Below are positions 35,218 to 47,642 of a stretch of 64,000 nt of DNA, in pieces; position 1 is the first letter of the stretch; each line of letters opens with the position of its first letter. The DNA is from Octopus sinensis. Its lineage: Eukaryota. The stretch is taken from contig NC_043021.1 of NCBI RefSeq assembly GCF_006345805.1, positions 8,432,001 to 8,496,000 on the forward strand, written 5' to 3'. The notes beneath the pieces are model-generated. The model saw only the letters and a program-made list of their open reading frames with translations, was not told where the DNA came from and searched no databases. The position numbers and the translations under genes were made by a program.

Positions 35218-35264
35218 TGTCAGTGAACAGGTCGCGGTCTTAAAGCGACGAAAATATTTTGACA
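35218..35264 (+). ncRNA. Minimal type-I hammerhead-like motif with swapped G3:C8 core pair
   Basis: TGTCA-GTGAACA-G-GTCGC/ggtcttaaa/GCGAC-GAAA-A-TA-TT-T-TGACA: 5-bp stems I and II, palindromic stem III AATATT. Lies in a repeat (about 35203-35390) that recurs at 53921-54145. Confidence 0.6.
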
Positions 35265-35650
35265 GATTAAACTTAAATGTTGAAGTGAATCGGATGGCTT
35301 TTGTGTGTTTCTTAACTGGCTTACAAACACCTTCCACGCTGCAATTGTTTTCGTTCCAGAACACGATCTCAGATCAAGTCACTCGCTATACATATATATA
35401 TAAAAGTACAAAGTGAGATAGGGGTTATGATTGTAACCCACTATGGAATATCATTTATCCAATATACTGCCAGTAAAATACCCCAAAAGGCTAATACATA
35501 AATGCTTACAATTGCAATGCAACTAGTTCATTTATTGTATTATATGGGCGAAGGTAAAATGTTTTGTATTATTCTTATTTATATATAAATTCCTCTATTT
35601 ACATAATATCGAGGTTTCTTTCATTCTTTTGTTGTCTTACCATTTTTATC

Positions 35651-35672
35651 AATGTATGTATGTATGTATGTA

Positions 35673-35719
<47 letters not shown>

Positions 35720-36022
35720 ATGCATGTACGCATGTATGTGTGTTTGTATGTATACATGCATGTATGTATGCATGCATGTACGTATGTATGTATGTATGTA
35801 TGATGTATGTATGTATGTATGTATGTATGTATGCATGCATGTACGTATGTATGATGTATGTATGTATGATGTATGTATGTATGTATGATGTATGTATGTA
35901 TGTATGTATGTATGTATGTATGTATGTATGTATGCATGCATGTACGTATGTATGATGTATGTATGTATGTATGATGTATGTATGTATGTATGTACGTATG
36001 TATGTATGTACGTATGTATGTA

Positions 36023-36056
<34 letters not shown>
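35651..36056. repeat. Compound (TATG)n/(TG)n microsatellite
   Basis: Seen directly. Comparable tracts: 56410-56505 (GT)n, 57050-57600 (TACA)n, 57660-57715 (ATG)n, 57925-58125 (CT)n, and many (TA)n runs. Confidence 0.97.
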
Positions 36057-36060
<4 letters not shown>

Positions 36061-38940
36061 CACATAACTGTGTACGTAGGTAAGACACAAAGAAATAGAG
36101 AGAAAAGGTGAAAAGGTAGAGATATCTATTAGCGATGTGTTTACTTCCTAGAATAAAAGACACAGCAGTTGTTTTTGTTTTTTTTTTACGTAAGAATGTG
36201 CAGTGGTAAAACGACGGCATCTGATTGGTCAGTTTAAACACCACCCTCTTCATCCGACCCCCCACCGTCTCTCAGACTTATCGTACATTCACAAACAAAT
36301 TCACACCCACACACGCATTTACATCAATGTACTGAATCATTGAAACGTGTGTGTGTGTGTGTGTCTGTATATATACTTATATATATGTTTGTGTGTATCA
36401 CTGCTTCTGTGGGTGTAAAATGTGTGTATATTTCTACATTCTCCTCCCTCTGCTTATCGAACTGTTTTCTCTCATTCTATTATAAAACTCCAACGAAGCA
36501 ACTTAAATCTCATTCTTCCAGAACACTTAGGATACTCTATATCGGATTCCTGGCCTTATTGCTCCCCACCTATTTTCTAAGCTTCGTCTCAGATCAGATC
36601 TTATCCCATATTCACTGGAATCTTACGGACTATTCCATCGGAACATTTTACATTCTTCTTCTTCTACTTACATTCACAATTAAGAGAGGAAAAGCAAAAG
36701 TTTTGGTGTCTAATAAATGCAAGGGAGGTAAGTCAGTGTGACTTCTCTATTTAGTCATCTTAAAAGTGCAAGCTACTTCTAATTATTTTTGGCAGAGGCA
36801 CAAGACCACAAGACCACCTATGAAAGCGAGGGAGGGAGGGAGTGTCGGCTATTTTAACGGCACCAATACTGGATCGGAACTTAATTCTACCGATTCTTAC
36901 AAAGGAGGAAAGTAAAGTAGAGTTAATCTTGTTGGGATTTGAATTCAAAGCATAAAGAACCGTAAGTAAATATCACAAAGCATTTTGTTTCGGCGCTCTT
37001 TCAATCCGTAGCCCTTCTGGTTCTCCAGTCGTGACCACCTTGTCTGTTGTTCTGTTTTTGTTGTTTTTTTTCGGAAAGACGACATTATATAACACGTCTT
37101 GCCATTTTTTTCTTTAGACGGTAGTTCCTTAGTTTGTTTCCGATCGTTATGGTCACGGTCACGCTGGAGCATCAGGAGGATGCGATCTAAAGAAGGTTTA
37201 GCTGGTGTTTCTCGCAGGTCAAATGGCAAAGTTGGAACCCCGGATTGTTTAGTTTCATTTTTACTCCCGCCGATGTATCTACCTGAAACAAAAAAAAAAA
37301 AAACCCCACCTTTTTTTACATACTCATTTTACGCTATACCATTTCGTTGCTACTTTCTAAATAATTCCCCCGCCACTTATTTCACAAAGAAATATCCCTC
37401 CGTCTTTTAACTTCTATTGCGTCTTACGACCATTTAACTATGACAACAGGTCTGTATACATCGGATCGGAATGAACGGCACTATCAATTTTCGTGTTAGA
37501 CAAACTTTCCATAAGGCGTGTAAGAAATATGTGTGTATGTGGCATTCAGTTATCAATTATTTTATTTCTGTTAACTGGCACATACCGTATTTTAACGTGT
37601 ATAAAGAACCCCCTAATTTTGGGGGCTTAAAATTAGGAGAAAAGATTTTGTAATGGATTATAATATTATCCATATATAAGAAAATCCCATATTTTTTAAA
37701 CCAGATTTTTGACGAATATGGTTCCTTTTATACATGTAATCATTTTCCTGGTTCATTGTTTATGCTATTATAAGGACAAGCAAAAAACTCTATATAGACT
37801 CCATCTAATTTTCAGTAACTTCTGTTACCTGGGAGGCCTAATTATCTTTGGGTTTGGGTATTCTGAGAGTATAACAGCTAGTGCAAGAACTTGGAGAAAG
37901 TTTAGGGAGCTGTTAATGCTGGCAAGAAAGGGATTCATCCTTGAAGTCAAGAGCTGATTATATGACACTTGGGTGCAAAGTGTGATGTGACATAAGTGTG
38001 AGAAGTGGGATTTCAACACTGGGGCTTCACACTATAAAGGTTAGAAAGAATTAAAATGGACATACTCCACTGGATGTATAACAACAGAGTAATAATGAGC
38101 TGGACACTGCATCCTTTAAGGCCCTCATGCTTTCCGAAATCCGCCGAAACTACACCTGATTATACATACACTTTAGATGAGTTGTAGTTGTAGTGCACCT
38201 GCACTGTACATAATGTTTTTTTTATTATTTTATTTATAAGAGAAATCAGGCATGGTGTGTAAAAGAGAAGACTGGTGGTATCGGTATGTGATTCAGGTGT
38301 AAAAAGGTGACTGGTGTATAAAGGGGACAAGTGTATAAAGATGTGCCATGTGCTTAAAGTAAATGGACCCAGAGGAAGCAGGAGACCAAGGAAGACTTGG
38401 GATGAGGTGATGAAGGAAAGTATGATGCTGTTACACCTCACAAAGAAAATGACAAATATTGACTAGGGGTGTGGCAGAGCAGATTTTTAAATTATGTATT
38501 TTTGTATATATAGAGGTATACCTCACTAAGCATATATATATGTCGAGCTGGCAGAAGCGTTAGTGCGCTGGGTGAAATGCTTAGCGGTATTTCATCTGTC
38601 GTTACGTTCTGAGTTCAAATTCCGCCGAAGTCGACTTTGCCTTTCATCCTTTCGGGGTCGATAAATTAAGTACCAGTTAAGCACTGGGGTTGATGTAATC
38701 AACTTAATCCCTTTGTCTGTCCTTGTTTTGTCCCCTCTATGTTTAGCCCCTTGTGGGCAGTAAAGAAATATATATATATTTATGTACTTGTATGCACGTA
38801 TATATCATACATAATCGACATCACTCACAACTTTGATAGTCTCTCACCCCTCTAACTGCTATATATATCTGGCCCCCTCTATTTCTTTTCACTCACATCA
38901 AGCATCTCTGTTGCTCACATACCCATTGCTCATACTACTT

Positions 38941-39490
38941 ACTTCTTTATTGCCCACAAGGGGCTTAAATACAGAGGGGACAGACAAATCCCAGTACGCA
39001 ACATTGACCCCAAAAGGATGAAAGGCAAAGTCGATCTCGGCAGAATTTGATCTCAGAACGTAACGGCAGACGAAATACCTATTTCTTTACTGCCCACAAG
39101 GGGCTAAACACAGAGGGGACAAACAAGGACAGACAAACGGATTAAGTCGATTATATCGATCCCAGTGCTTAACTGGTACTTAATTTATCGACCCCGAATG
39201 GATGAAAGGCAAAGTCGACCTCGGCAGAATTTGAACTCAGAACGTAACGGCAGACGAAATACCTATTTCTTTACTGCCCACAAGGGGCTAAACACAGAGT
39301 GGACAAACAAGGACAGACAAACGGATTAAGTCGATTATATCGACCCCAGTGCTTAACTGGTACTTAATTTATCGACCCCGAATGGATGAAAGGCAAAGTC
39401 GACCTCGGCAGAATTTGAACTCAGAACGTAGTGGCAGACGAAATACCGCTAAGCATTTCGTCACGCGTGCTAACGTTTCTGCCAGCTCAC
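38941..39490 (-). mobile_element. tRNA-derived SINE family B, head-to-tail trimer
   Basis: Units start at 38941 (deleted), 39081 and 39265 (184-bp period), each joined at gcagacgaaatacct|atttcttta. Other family B copies: about 11710-11925(-), 12000-12370(-), 15740-15950, 21420-21630(-), 23550-23780, 25712-25935, 27530-27900(-), 38545-38770, 50710-50850(-), 51134-51350(-). Confidence 0.9.
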
Positions 39491-40013
39491 CACCTTTGCT
39501 CATACTACTGTCACCTATGTTCCTTACACTCATATCTTTATCCCTCCTACTTTTGCTCCCTGCAACCCTTCCTCTATTAGTCAATTCTCACCCCTTTCCT
39601 TTTACCAGTCACACTACATTATACTCTCCATGTGGCGGCAGGTCTTTCTCTTCTGTTTGTCACACATTGAACTCTTGCTCTTCCCTTTGTTGGTTGTCTT
39701 CTGTTTGCCATGTATTGAATTCTTCCGCCTTAACCTATAGGCGTAGGGCTATGTGGCTGTGTGGTAAGTAGCTTGCTTACGAACCACATGGTTCCGGGTT
39801 CGGTCCCACTGCGTGGCACCTTGCGCAAGTGTCTTCTACTATAGCCTCGGGCCGACCAAAGCCTTGTGAGTGGATTTGGTAGACGGAAACTGAAAGAAGT
39901 CCATCGTATATATGTATATATATATATATTTATAGTACTTCACTAGCAGTATATTGGATATATGTTATCCCATGGAGGGTTGAATTTGCAACCCCTATCT
40001 CAATTTGTATATT

Positions 40014-40044
<31 letters not shown>

Positions 40045-40949
40045 GTATGTGTGTATGTGTATATGTTTGTGTGTCTGTGTTTGTCCTCCCACCACCACCA
40101 GCATCGCTTGACAACCAATGCTGGTGCGTTTACGTCCCCGTTACTTAGCGGTTCGGCAAAAGAAACTGATAGAATAAGTACTAGGCTTCTAAAGAATAAG
40201 TCCTGGGGTCGATTTGCTTGACTAAAGGCGGTGCTCCAGCATGGCCACAGTCAAATGACTGAAACAACTAAAAAAAAGAAAAAGAGTAACCCAATCCTCA
40301 TTTCTCAGTCATTTCCTCCAAATGTCGATTCTTACTGTTCTGTACTTCAGAACTGTGACTGAGGATGGCAGCCGACCTCATCTGTTCATCATACACTGCT
40401 TCCAGTCAGGATACCGCTGCACCTATTATGTTAACCCTTTCGTTACTGTATTTATTTTGAGATGCTCTGTGTTTCTTTCAGTTACTTTAAATATAGCAAA
40501 GAATTTAGTAAAATAACTTAGTTATCATTCAACTAGTGTTAGGAACATAAATTGTAACTAAGGTTTGGTGGAAGATTTTAATTCAAAACTTATGAAAACA
40601 AGACATTTGTACTACAGAGCCAGAGGCAGTGTCAGCCGGGTTGGTATCAAAAGGGTTAAATATAAAAAGGAATTTAATAAAATAATGTAGTTATCATTCA
40701 GCTAGTGTTAGGAACATAAATTGAGACAAAAGTTTGGTGGAAGATTTTAATTCAGAATTTTTGAAAACATGACATTTGTACTACAGAGCCAGAGGCGGTT
40801 TCAGCCAGGTTGGTAACGAACGGGTTAATAAGTAAAATCCCCAGCTGGCAACCATGAGCTGAGAGAAAAACATTAGAGAAATCAGGCATGATGTGTAAAA
40901 GAGAAGACAGGTGGTATTGGTATGTGATTCAGGTGTAAAAAGGTGACAG

Positions 40950-41400
40950 TTGTCCTCTCAACCAATATACTGCTGTGGGTACTGTTGGCTGACAGACTCT
41001 GGTGATGATGTCATTCTATGCTTTCCACACCATGGCACTGGCCTTAGCTTGCTTCTGGTCAAGGAGCTGCAACTTCAGGTCTTCCACAATTTGTTCCACC
41101 CATATATTCTTTGGTGCGTTGTGCTGGGTTCTCCAGTGCATGAGTCACTGCTGCCAGAAAAGTTGGGGTGGTAGCCTTCTGGTTCTCACCCTGCAGACAT
41201 GACCAAACCACTGTAACCTGCACTGCCAGATTTGGTCTTCAGTAGTGGGCCACTGCTGGCTGGCATTGTTCTCCCCATCACTTTTTTAAGAAGCTCTCTA
41301 CTACAAGAACCACCTATTTTCCGTTTGCTGCTATCACCCTAATCACTCAAACTGGTCCACATCATTACTTGTATGTGCAGGTGGCTACATTGGATTTCTT
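40950..41400 (-). mobile_element. Decayed RTE-type ORF2 remnant
   Basis: QIWQCRLQWFGHVCR...LPPQLFW...NAPKNIWVEQIVEDL, with stops and frameshifts. Confidence 0.7.
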
Positions 41401-42969
41401 GTGTCCAGTACACTCTCCTTCCACTTTGCCTTTGTGTATTGGATATCATTACTCATATCATAGGCACATGTAACTTGCTTACCAACCACATGGTTCTGGG
41501 TTCAGTCCCACTGCGTGGCACCTTGGGCAAGTGTCTTCTACTATAGCCTCAAGCCGACCAAAGCATTGTAAGTGGATTTGGTAGACGGAAACTGAAAGAA
41601 GCCCGTCGTATATATATGTATGTGTGTATATATATATATGTGTGTGTGTGTGTGTCTGTGTTTGTCCCCTCCAACATCGCTTGACAACCGATGCTGGTGC
41701 ATTTATGTCTCCGTAACTTAATGGTTTGGCAAAAGAGACCGATAGAATAAGTACTAGGCTTACAAAGAATAAGTCTTGGGGTCGATTTGCTCGACTAAAA
41801 AAAGCAGTGCTCCAGCATGACCGCAGTCAAATGACTGAAACAAGTAAAAGAGTAAAGAGTACTCCTTATCAATCTATCTGCCAACATATTCTTATTCCTT
41901 TTGTCTCTGACACATCCTGGGCCTCTGCCACTGCTCTATTTCCCAGGCCACATAGACTTCTGCAACTCTTTGCATTCTTACTCATAGGTGTGATGACTAC
42001 GATCATGATATATGTATAAATTTAGTCTCATAACAGCCAGTTCATTTTACCAACCAGTTTCATGTTGAAGAACCATGGAAGTGTGGAAAGTTAAATCAAC
42101 TATCATTGGACTTGGCTGAATGGAAAATTGTTGTTTGGGCTCTTTATTACTGGAAGCCTAGAACTACCACATTTGGCTTATGGGTATAAGAGATGCTATA
42201 AAAGAAGAAAAAAAAAATATAAGGAATAAAATTCCTGGCTGAAAATCAGAATAAAACTAAAAGCAAAGCTTGTTCTTAAGCCCATCAGAGTTATGTCCCT
42301 TCGAATTGTCTCTTTGTCAACATTTAGAATGCCTGCCACCATTCAAGTGGTGATTGTCCACTCTAGTTTTTTGCATATGATTGTGTGATGAAGAGGAGGA
42401 AAAGCAATATAAATTGAGGAAAGAGAGGTGGGAAGGGGTTTTGTCGAAGGGCATGAGTGGTCACATGTATATATAAGTGTAAGTGCTGGGTGTGGTGAAA
42501 ATAAAATCCTTATATATGTTGAGAAAAGTACTAACATTGTTAGAGTAGAACTGACTTGTTCGCTAATATATATTTCCGTTTGTGGGGATAAGCAACAAAT
42601 TTTCTCACTTGTAAAATTTTTTTTCATCCAAGGGTTTACCTGGGTGGAGGGAATTCTTCAATGTAATTCTTTTCTCAGCTAAATAAAAGTTTGCACCTCC
42701 TCCTGCCATTGTGTTAAGATCTGCACACTTCCAGTAATTTATAAGGGATGCTAATATTACTCTTTACTCTTTACTCTCTTTTACTTGTTTCAGTCATTTG
42801 ACTGCGGCCATGCTGGAGCACTGCCTTTAGTCGAGCAAACCAACCCCAGGACTTATTCTTTGTAAGCCTAGTACTTATTCTATCGGTCTCTCTTGCCGAA
42901 CCGCTAAGTTACAGGGGACATAAACACACCAGCATTGGTTGTCAAGTGATGTTGGGGGGGGGGACACAG

Positions 42970-43000
<31 letters not shown>

Positions 43001-43205
43001 TATATATATATATATACATATATATACATATATACGACGGACTTCTTTCAGTTTCCATCTACCAAATCCACTCACAAGGCTTTGGTCGGCCCGAGGCTAT
43101 AGTAGAAGACACTTGCCCAAGGAACCACGCAGTGGGACTGAACCTGGAACCATGTGGTTGGTAAGCAAGCTACTTACCACACAGCCACTCCTGCGTCTAT
43201 TGTGC

Positions 43206-43241
43206 CTGATGAAGTCTGGAGGCTATACCAGCCAAAACGTT
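43206..43241 (+). ncRNA. Degenerate minimal hammerhead-like motif (G12A)
   Basis: CTGATGA-A-GTCTGG/aggctata/CCAGCC-AAAAC-GTT: canonical 5' core, imperfect stem II, stem I not evident. Confidence 0.35.
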
Positions 43242-44438
43242 GTGTTAACAACAAACAAGATGAGAACAAATGTCCGTCTAATGTAAATAATGTATGATTC
43301 TACAGGTACTGAACCTTAGACTTCAGGTGCATCCATGTTGTTGTGTGATCACCTTTATGCATAAAGTGGGTGTTTGTAATGTAAAGCCCATATTCATCAC
43401 AAAACTCTTGGAGCATTCCTTTGTTTGCCAAGTGCAAGGTGGATATTCACCACTTATGCTAAACAGACCAGAGAGGGAAAAGAAGGGCAATTTTCTGTTT
43501 ACTTTTTCAAGAACATCCGCAGGAGTGGCTGTGTGGTAAGTAGCTTGCTAACCAGCCACATGGTTCCGGGTTCAGTCCCACTGCGTGGCATCTTGGGCAA
43601 GTGTCTTCTGCTATAGCCCCAGGCCGACCAATGCCTTGTTAGTGAATTTGGTAGACGGAAACTGAAAGAAGCCTGTCGTATATATGTATATATGTGTATG
43701 TGTGTGTGTTTGTCCACCTAGCATTGCTTGACAACCGATGCTGGTGTATTTACGTCCCCGTCACTTAGCGGTTTGGCAAAAGAGACCGATAGAATAAGTA
43801 CTGGGCTTACAAAGAATAAGTCCCGGAGTCGATTTGCTCGACTAAAGGCGGTGCTCCAGCATGGCCGCAGTCAAATGACTGAAACAAGTAAAAGAGTAAA
43901 GAGTCTCCAGGTGAGCCATGCCTTTCCCAAATGGAGCTGCTCTGACACCCCTGCAGCAACCGAACCCTCACTGTTGACTTATTATTGTTATTAAGGAGCT
44001 GGTAGAATCGTTAGCATGTCGGGCGAAATGCTTAGCGGCATTTTGTCTGCCACTAATTTCCCAGTTCAAATTCCACCAAGGGCAACTTTGCTTTTCATCC
44101 TTTCAAGGTCGATAAATTAAGTACCAGTTCCATACTGGTGTCGATCTAATTGACTAACCCACCTCCCCCAAAATTTTGGGCTTTGTGCTGAGAGTAGAAA
44201 AGATTGTTAATTTAAACGAGGGGACAAATTTATGCTTCCAACCTGTCAGGTCTCTATGCTTTGCTAGTTTCCTTTTGCTGCAGGACTTTTGAATATGGAT
44301 GTGTTTGTGTGTGTGTGTGTGAGTGTGTGTGCATATATATATATATAGTGAGAATCCACAAAAAAAAAACAAAAGACAAAGACAGGTGGTGTAGTCAACA
44401 AACAGATGTATTAGTTTAACGCTCAGGAAGTGAGAAAG

Positions 44439-44476
44439 TCTTTAACATTTCGAGCCTATGCTCTTCTACAGAAAGA
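44439..44476 (-). ncRNA. Minimal type-I hammerhead-like motif, A6U core variant
   Basis: TCTTT-CTGTAGA-A-GAGC/ATAG/GCTC-GAAAT-GTT-AAAGA; stems I and II intact, stem III with a G.U wobble. Confidence 0.55.
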
Positions 44477-45086
44477 AACAAGGAGAGAAAATATATGTAT
44501 ATATATATATATATATATAATGTACTGTACTGTACTGTGATGGTAAGATAAACAAAAACAGTACTCCATCTGGTTAGAGAAAGATAAATATTATTTAATA
44601 GACACAATACATGTTTTTATATGCTATTAATAGTTTCTTGTGCTAGGAACATGCCAAATAATGAATTATAGCATGTGTAACATTTCTGCACAGTCATCAG
44701 GCACAAACCACATAGCATAATGAAATAAAAATTGAATGAGAGAAGAAATGCGAAAAGTTGAGAAGGAAACATATAGAAAACGAGGAAGGTTAAATAATAG
44801 AAAACAAGAAAAGTAATCAGAAATAAATTAAAAAGGTAAAAGAGTTATCTTCCTTAGACCTTAAATTATAAAGCTGGAAAAAATAGCAATAGGCGCAGGA
44901 GTGGCTGTGTGGTAAGTAGCTTGCTAACCAACCACATGGTTCCGGGTTCAGTCCCACTGCGTGGCACCTTGGGCAAGTGTCTTCTACTATAGCCTCGGGC
45001 CGACCAATGCCTTGTGAGTGGATTTGGTAGACGGAAACTGAAAGAAGCCCGTCGTATATATATGTATGTGTATATATGTGCGTGTG

Positions 45087-45143
<57 letters not shown>

Positions 45144-46369
45144 ATGTTTGTGTGTCTGTTTGTCCCCCTAGCATTGTTTGACAACCGATGCTGGTGTGTT
45201 TATGTCCCCGTTACTTAGCGGTTTGGCAAAAGAGACCGATAGAATAAGTACTGGGCTTACCAAAAGAATAAGTCCCGGGGTCGATTTGCTCGATTAAAGG
45301 CGGTGCTCCAGCATGGCCGCAGTCAAAATGACTGAAACAAGGAAAAAGAAAAAAGAAAGAAATTAATCAGGTAAAGGCAGAATTTTCCAGTTCATCAAAA
45401 GGAATTTAGGCATATGTTTACAACCACGTGAAGTTCAAGACCTAGAGTTCAGTAATGGGCTGGAGATCTTAGATCTAAAAGGGACCTAAGGGCTTTCAGT
45501 TAAGCATTGCAAACATTTATTTGAGCCATTGACATAAGGTGTGGATTTTTCGATTATTTGCCACTTAATCGTTTGTGGCTATGTGGTAAGGAGTTTGTTT
45601 CCCAATCACACGATTCCAGGTTCAGTCCCGCTGCATTGCACCTTGGGCAAATGTCTTCTATTATAGCCTTGGGCCGATCAAAGTCTTGCAAGTGGATTTG
45701 GTAAACAGAAACTGAAAGAAGCTCATTGAATATATATATGTGTGTGTGTATGTATATATGTATATACACATACACACACATACACATATGTATCTATGCA
45801 TGTGTATCTTTCTCTCTGTTTGTCCCCCATCTTCACTTAACAACCAGTGTTGATTTGCTTATGTCACTGAAACTTAGCAGTCCAGCAAAAGGAGTTCGAT
45901 AGAATAAGTACCAGACTTTAAAAAAAGTACTGAGGTTGATTCATTCAACTAAAAAAAAAAAAAAAAACTCTTTGAAGTAGTGCCCCATCATGGCCACAGT
46001 TTGATGACTGAAACAAGTAAAAGATAAAAGATATATATATATATAAAATTATAATTTAGGGTATCTAAGAGATACCACCACGCTGGAAATAGCAGTCAAA
46101 TCTTGACTCTAAAACCACATTAAATGTTCATACAGCACCAGGGGAGAAGACAAAAAGACAAAATAAACTAGCAAAAAATTACTGAATAATTCCAGATCCC
46201 GGATTTCTGGCTCTGCATAAGAAATGCTTTGCCTCATCAGTGGAATATACATAGTACATAGATACAAATATATATATATATATATATATATAACATATGA
46301 ATACTTACATGTACGAACATATACATACATATATATGCACATATGCACACGACCAGTTTAAATTGCCCA

Positions 46370-46406
<37 letters not shown>

Positions 46407-47642
46407 TTATAGTGTATGTCTTGGTTTTAGAATAGAAGCACCATACCCCTGCATATTAGAAGAGGTAAGAAAGAGGGTTGGCAACAGGAAGGGTCTCCAT
46501 CTGTAAAACAGAAGACCTCTCCAACTCATGCCAGCATGAAGAAGTGGATGTAAAATAGTGATGGTGTTTAATAGAAGAGATCTCTCTCATTCTCTTTTAT
46601 TTCTACTTCTCTTTATCTCTCTCTCTCTCTCTTTTCTCTTTCTCTCCCTTTCCCTCTCTCTCTCTTTATCTCTTAAAAATACTAAGCTAAAACAAAATAT
46701 AAATCTGAAAAAATATTTCTCTGAAGCCCCTTTATTTTATATCAACTGAATACTTGTCCCACTGTGAACCTGGATGGGTTGGTCACAACTGGAATGTCTT
46801 TGGCTGCTATAGCATCTGCTTCATGAGAGAGAGTTTTACCTTGGTGGGGGAGGTGGGTTAAACAATAGCTCGATTAGGTACTTAACAACCACTTGTTATA
46901 TCACAAACATGTTTACAGTGCTTTGTTAGAAATATTTCACCTTCGACCCTAATTTTATCAATCGGTTGCCAATTAGTTATTAACTAAGTGTGAGAAATAT
47001 CAAAATTGGGTCAAGATTATTAACTCCATCAATTTACCTGTATGGTCAATATCCAGTTCAAACCACTTTAATGACGTCATCTACAATATTTTTGTTTTTT
47101 TTTTATCGCTGGTTCCAACCAGGCCCACAGCAACAAAATCCACCTGCCACACTCCTTGGCCTCACATCACTACTTCAAGGTCCTGGGTATATTCCTGGCC
47201 AGTGTCTGCTATCATGTTCATCATCATCATCATCATCATCATAATTATCATCATCATCGTTTAACGTCTGCTTTCCATGCTAGCATGGGTTGAACGATTT
47301 GACTGAGGACTGGCGAACCAGATGGCTGCCACAAGAATGTACAGGGTTCTGCATTAATCAAAACAATACTATTAGCCTGGTGTACTAACAGACAGCTTAT
47401 AAAGTATTATTTCCAGATTGATAATCCCTCACTATTAACTCTGTTTTATATTATCATCATCATCATCATTTAATGTCTGCTTTCCATGCTAGCATGGGTT
47501 GGACTATTTGACTGAGGACTTGTTAACTAGATGGCTGCACCAGGCTCCCATCTGACCTGGCAGAGTTTCTACAGCTGGATGCCTTTCCTAACACCAACCA
47601 CTACGGGAGTGTAGTGGGTGCTTTTACGTGTCACCGGCATGA

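Noticed and set aside
35599-36265. His/Thr/Tyr/Ile- and Cys/Met/Val-rich ORFs (also 55745-56132 and 56849-58327)
   Set aside because: Translations of (TATG)n, (TA)n, (CA)n and (CT)n microsatellites.
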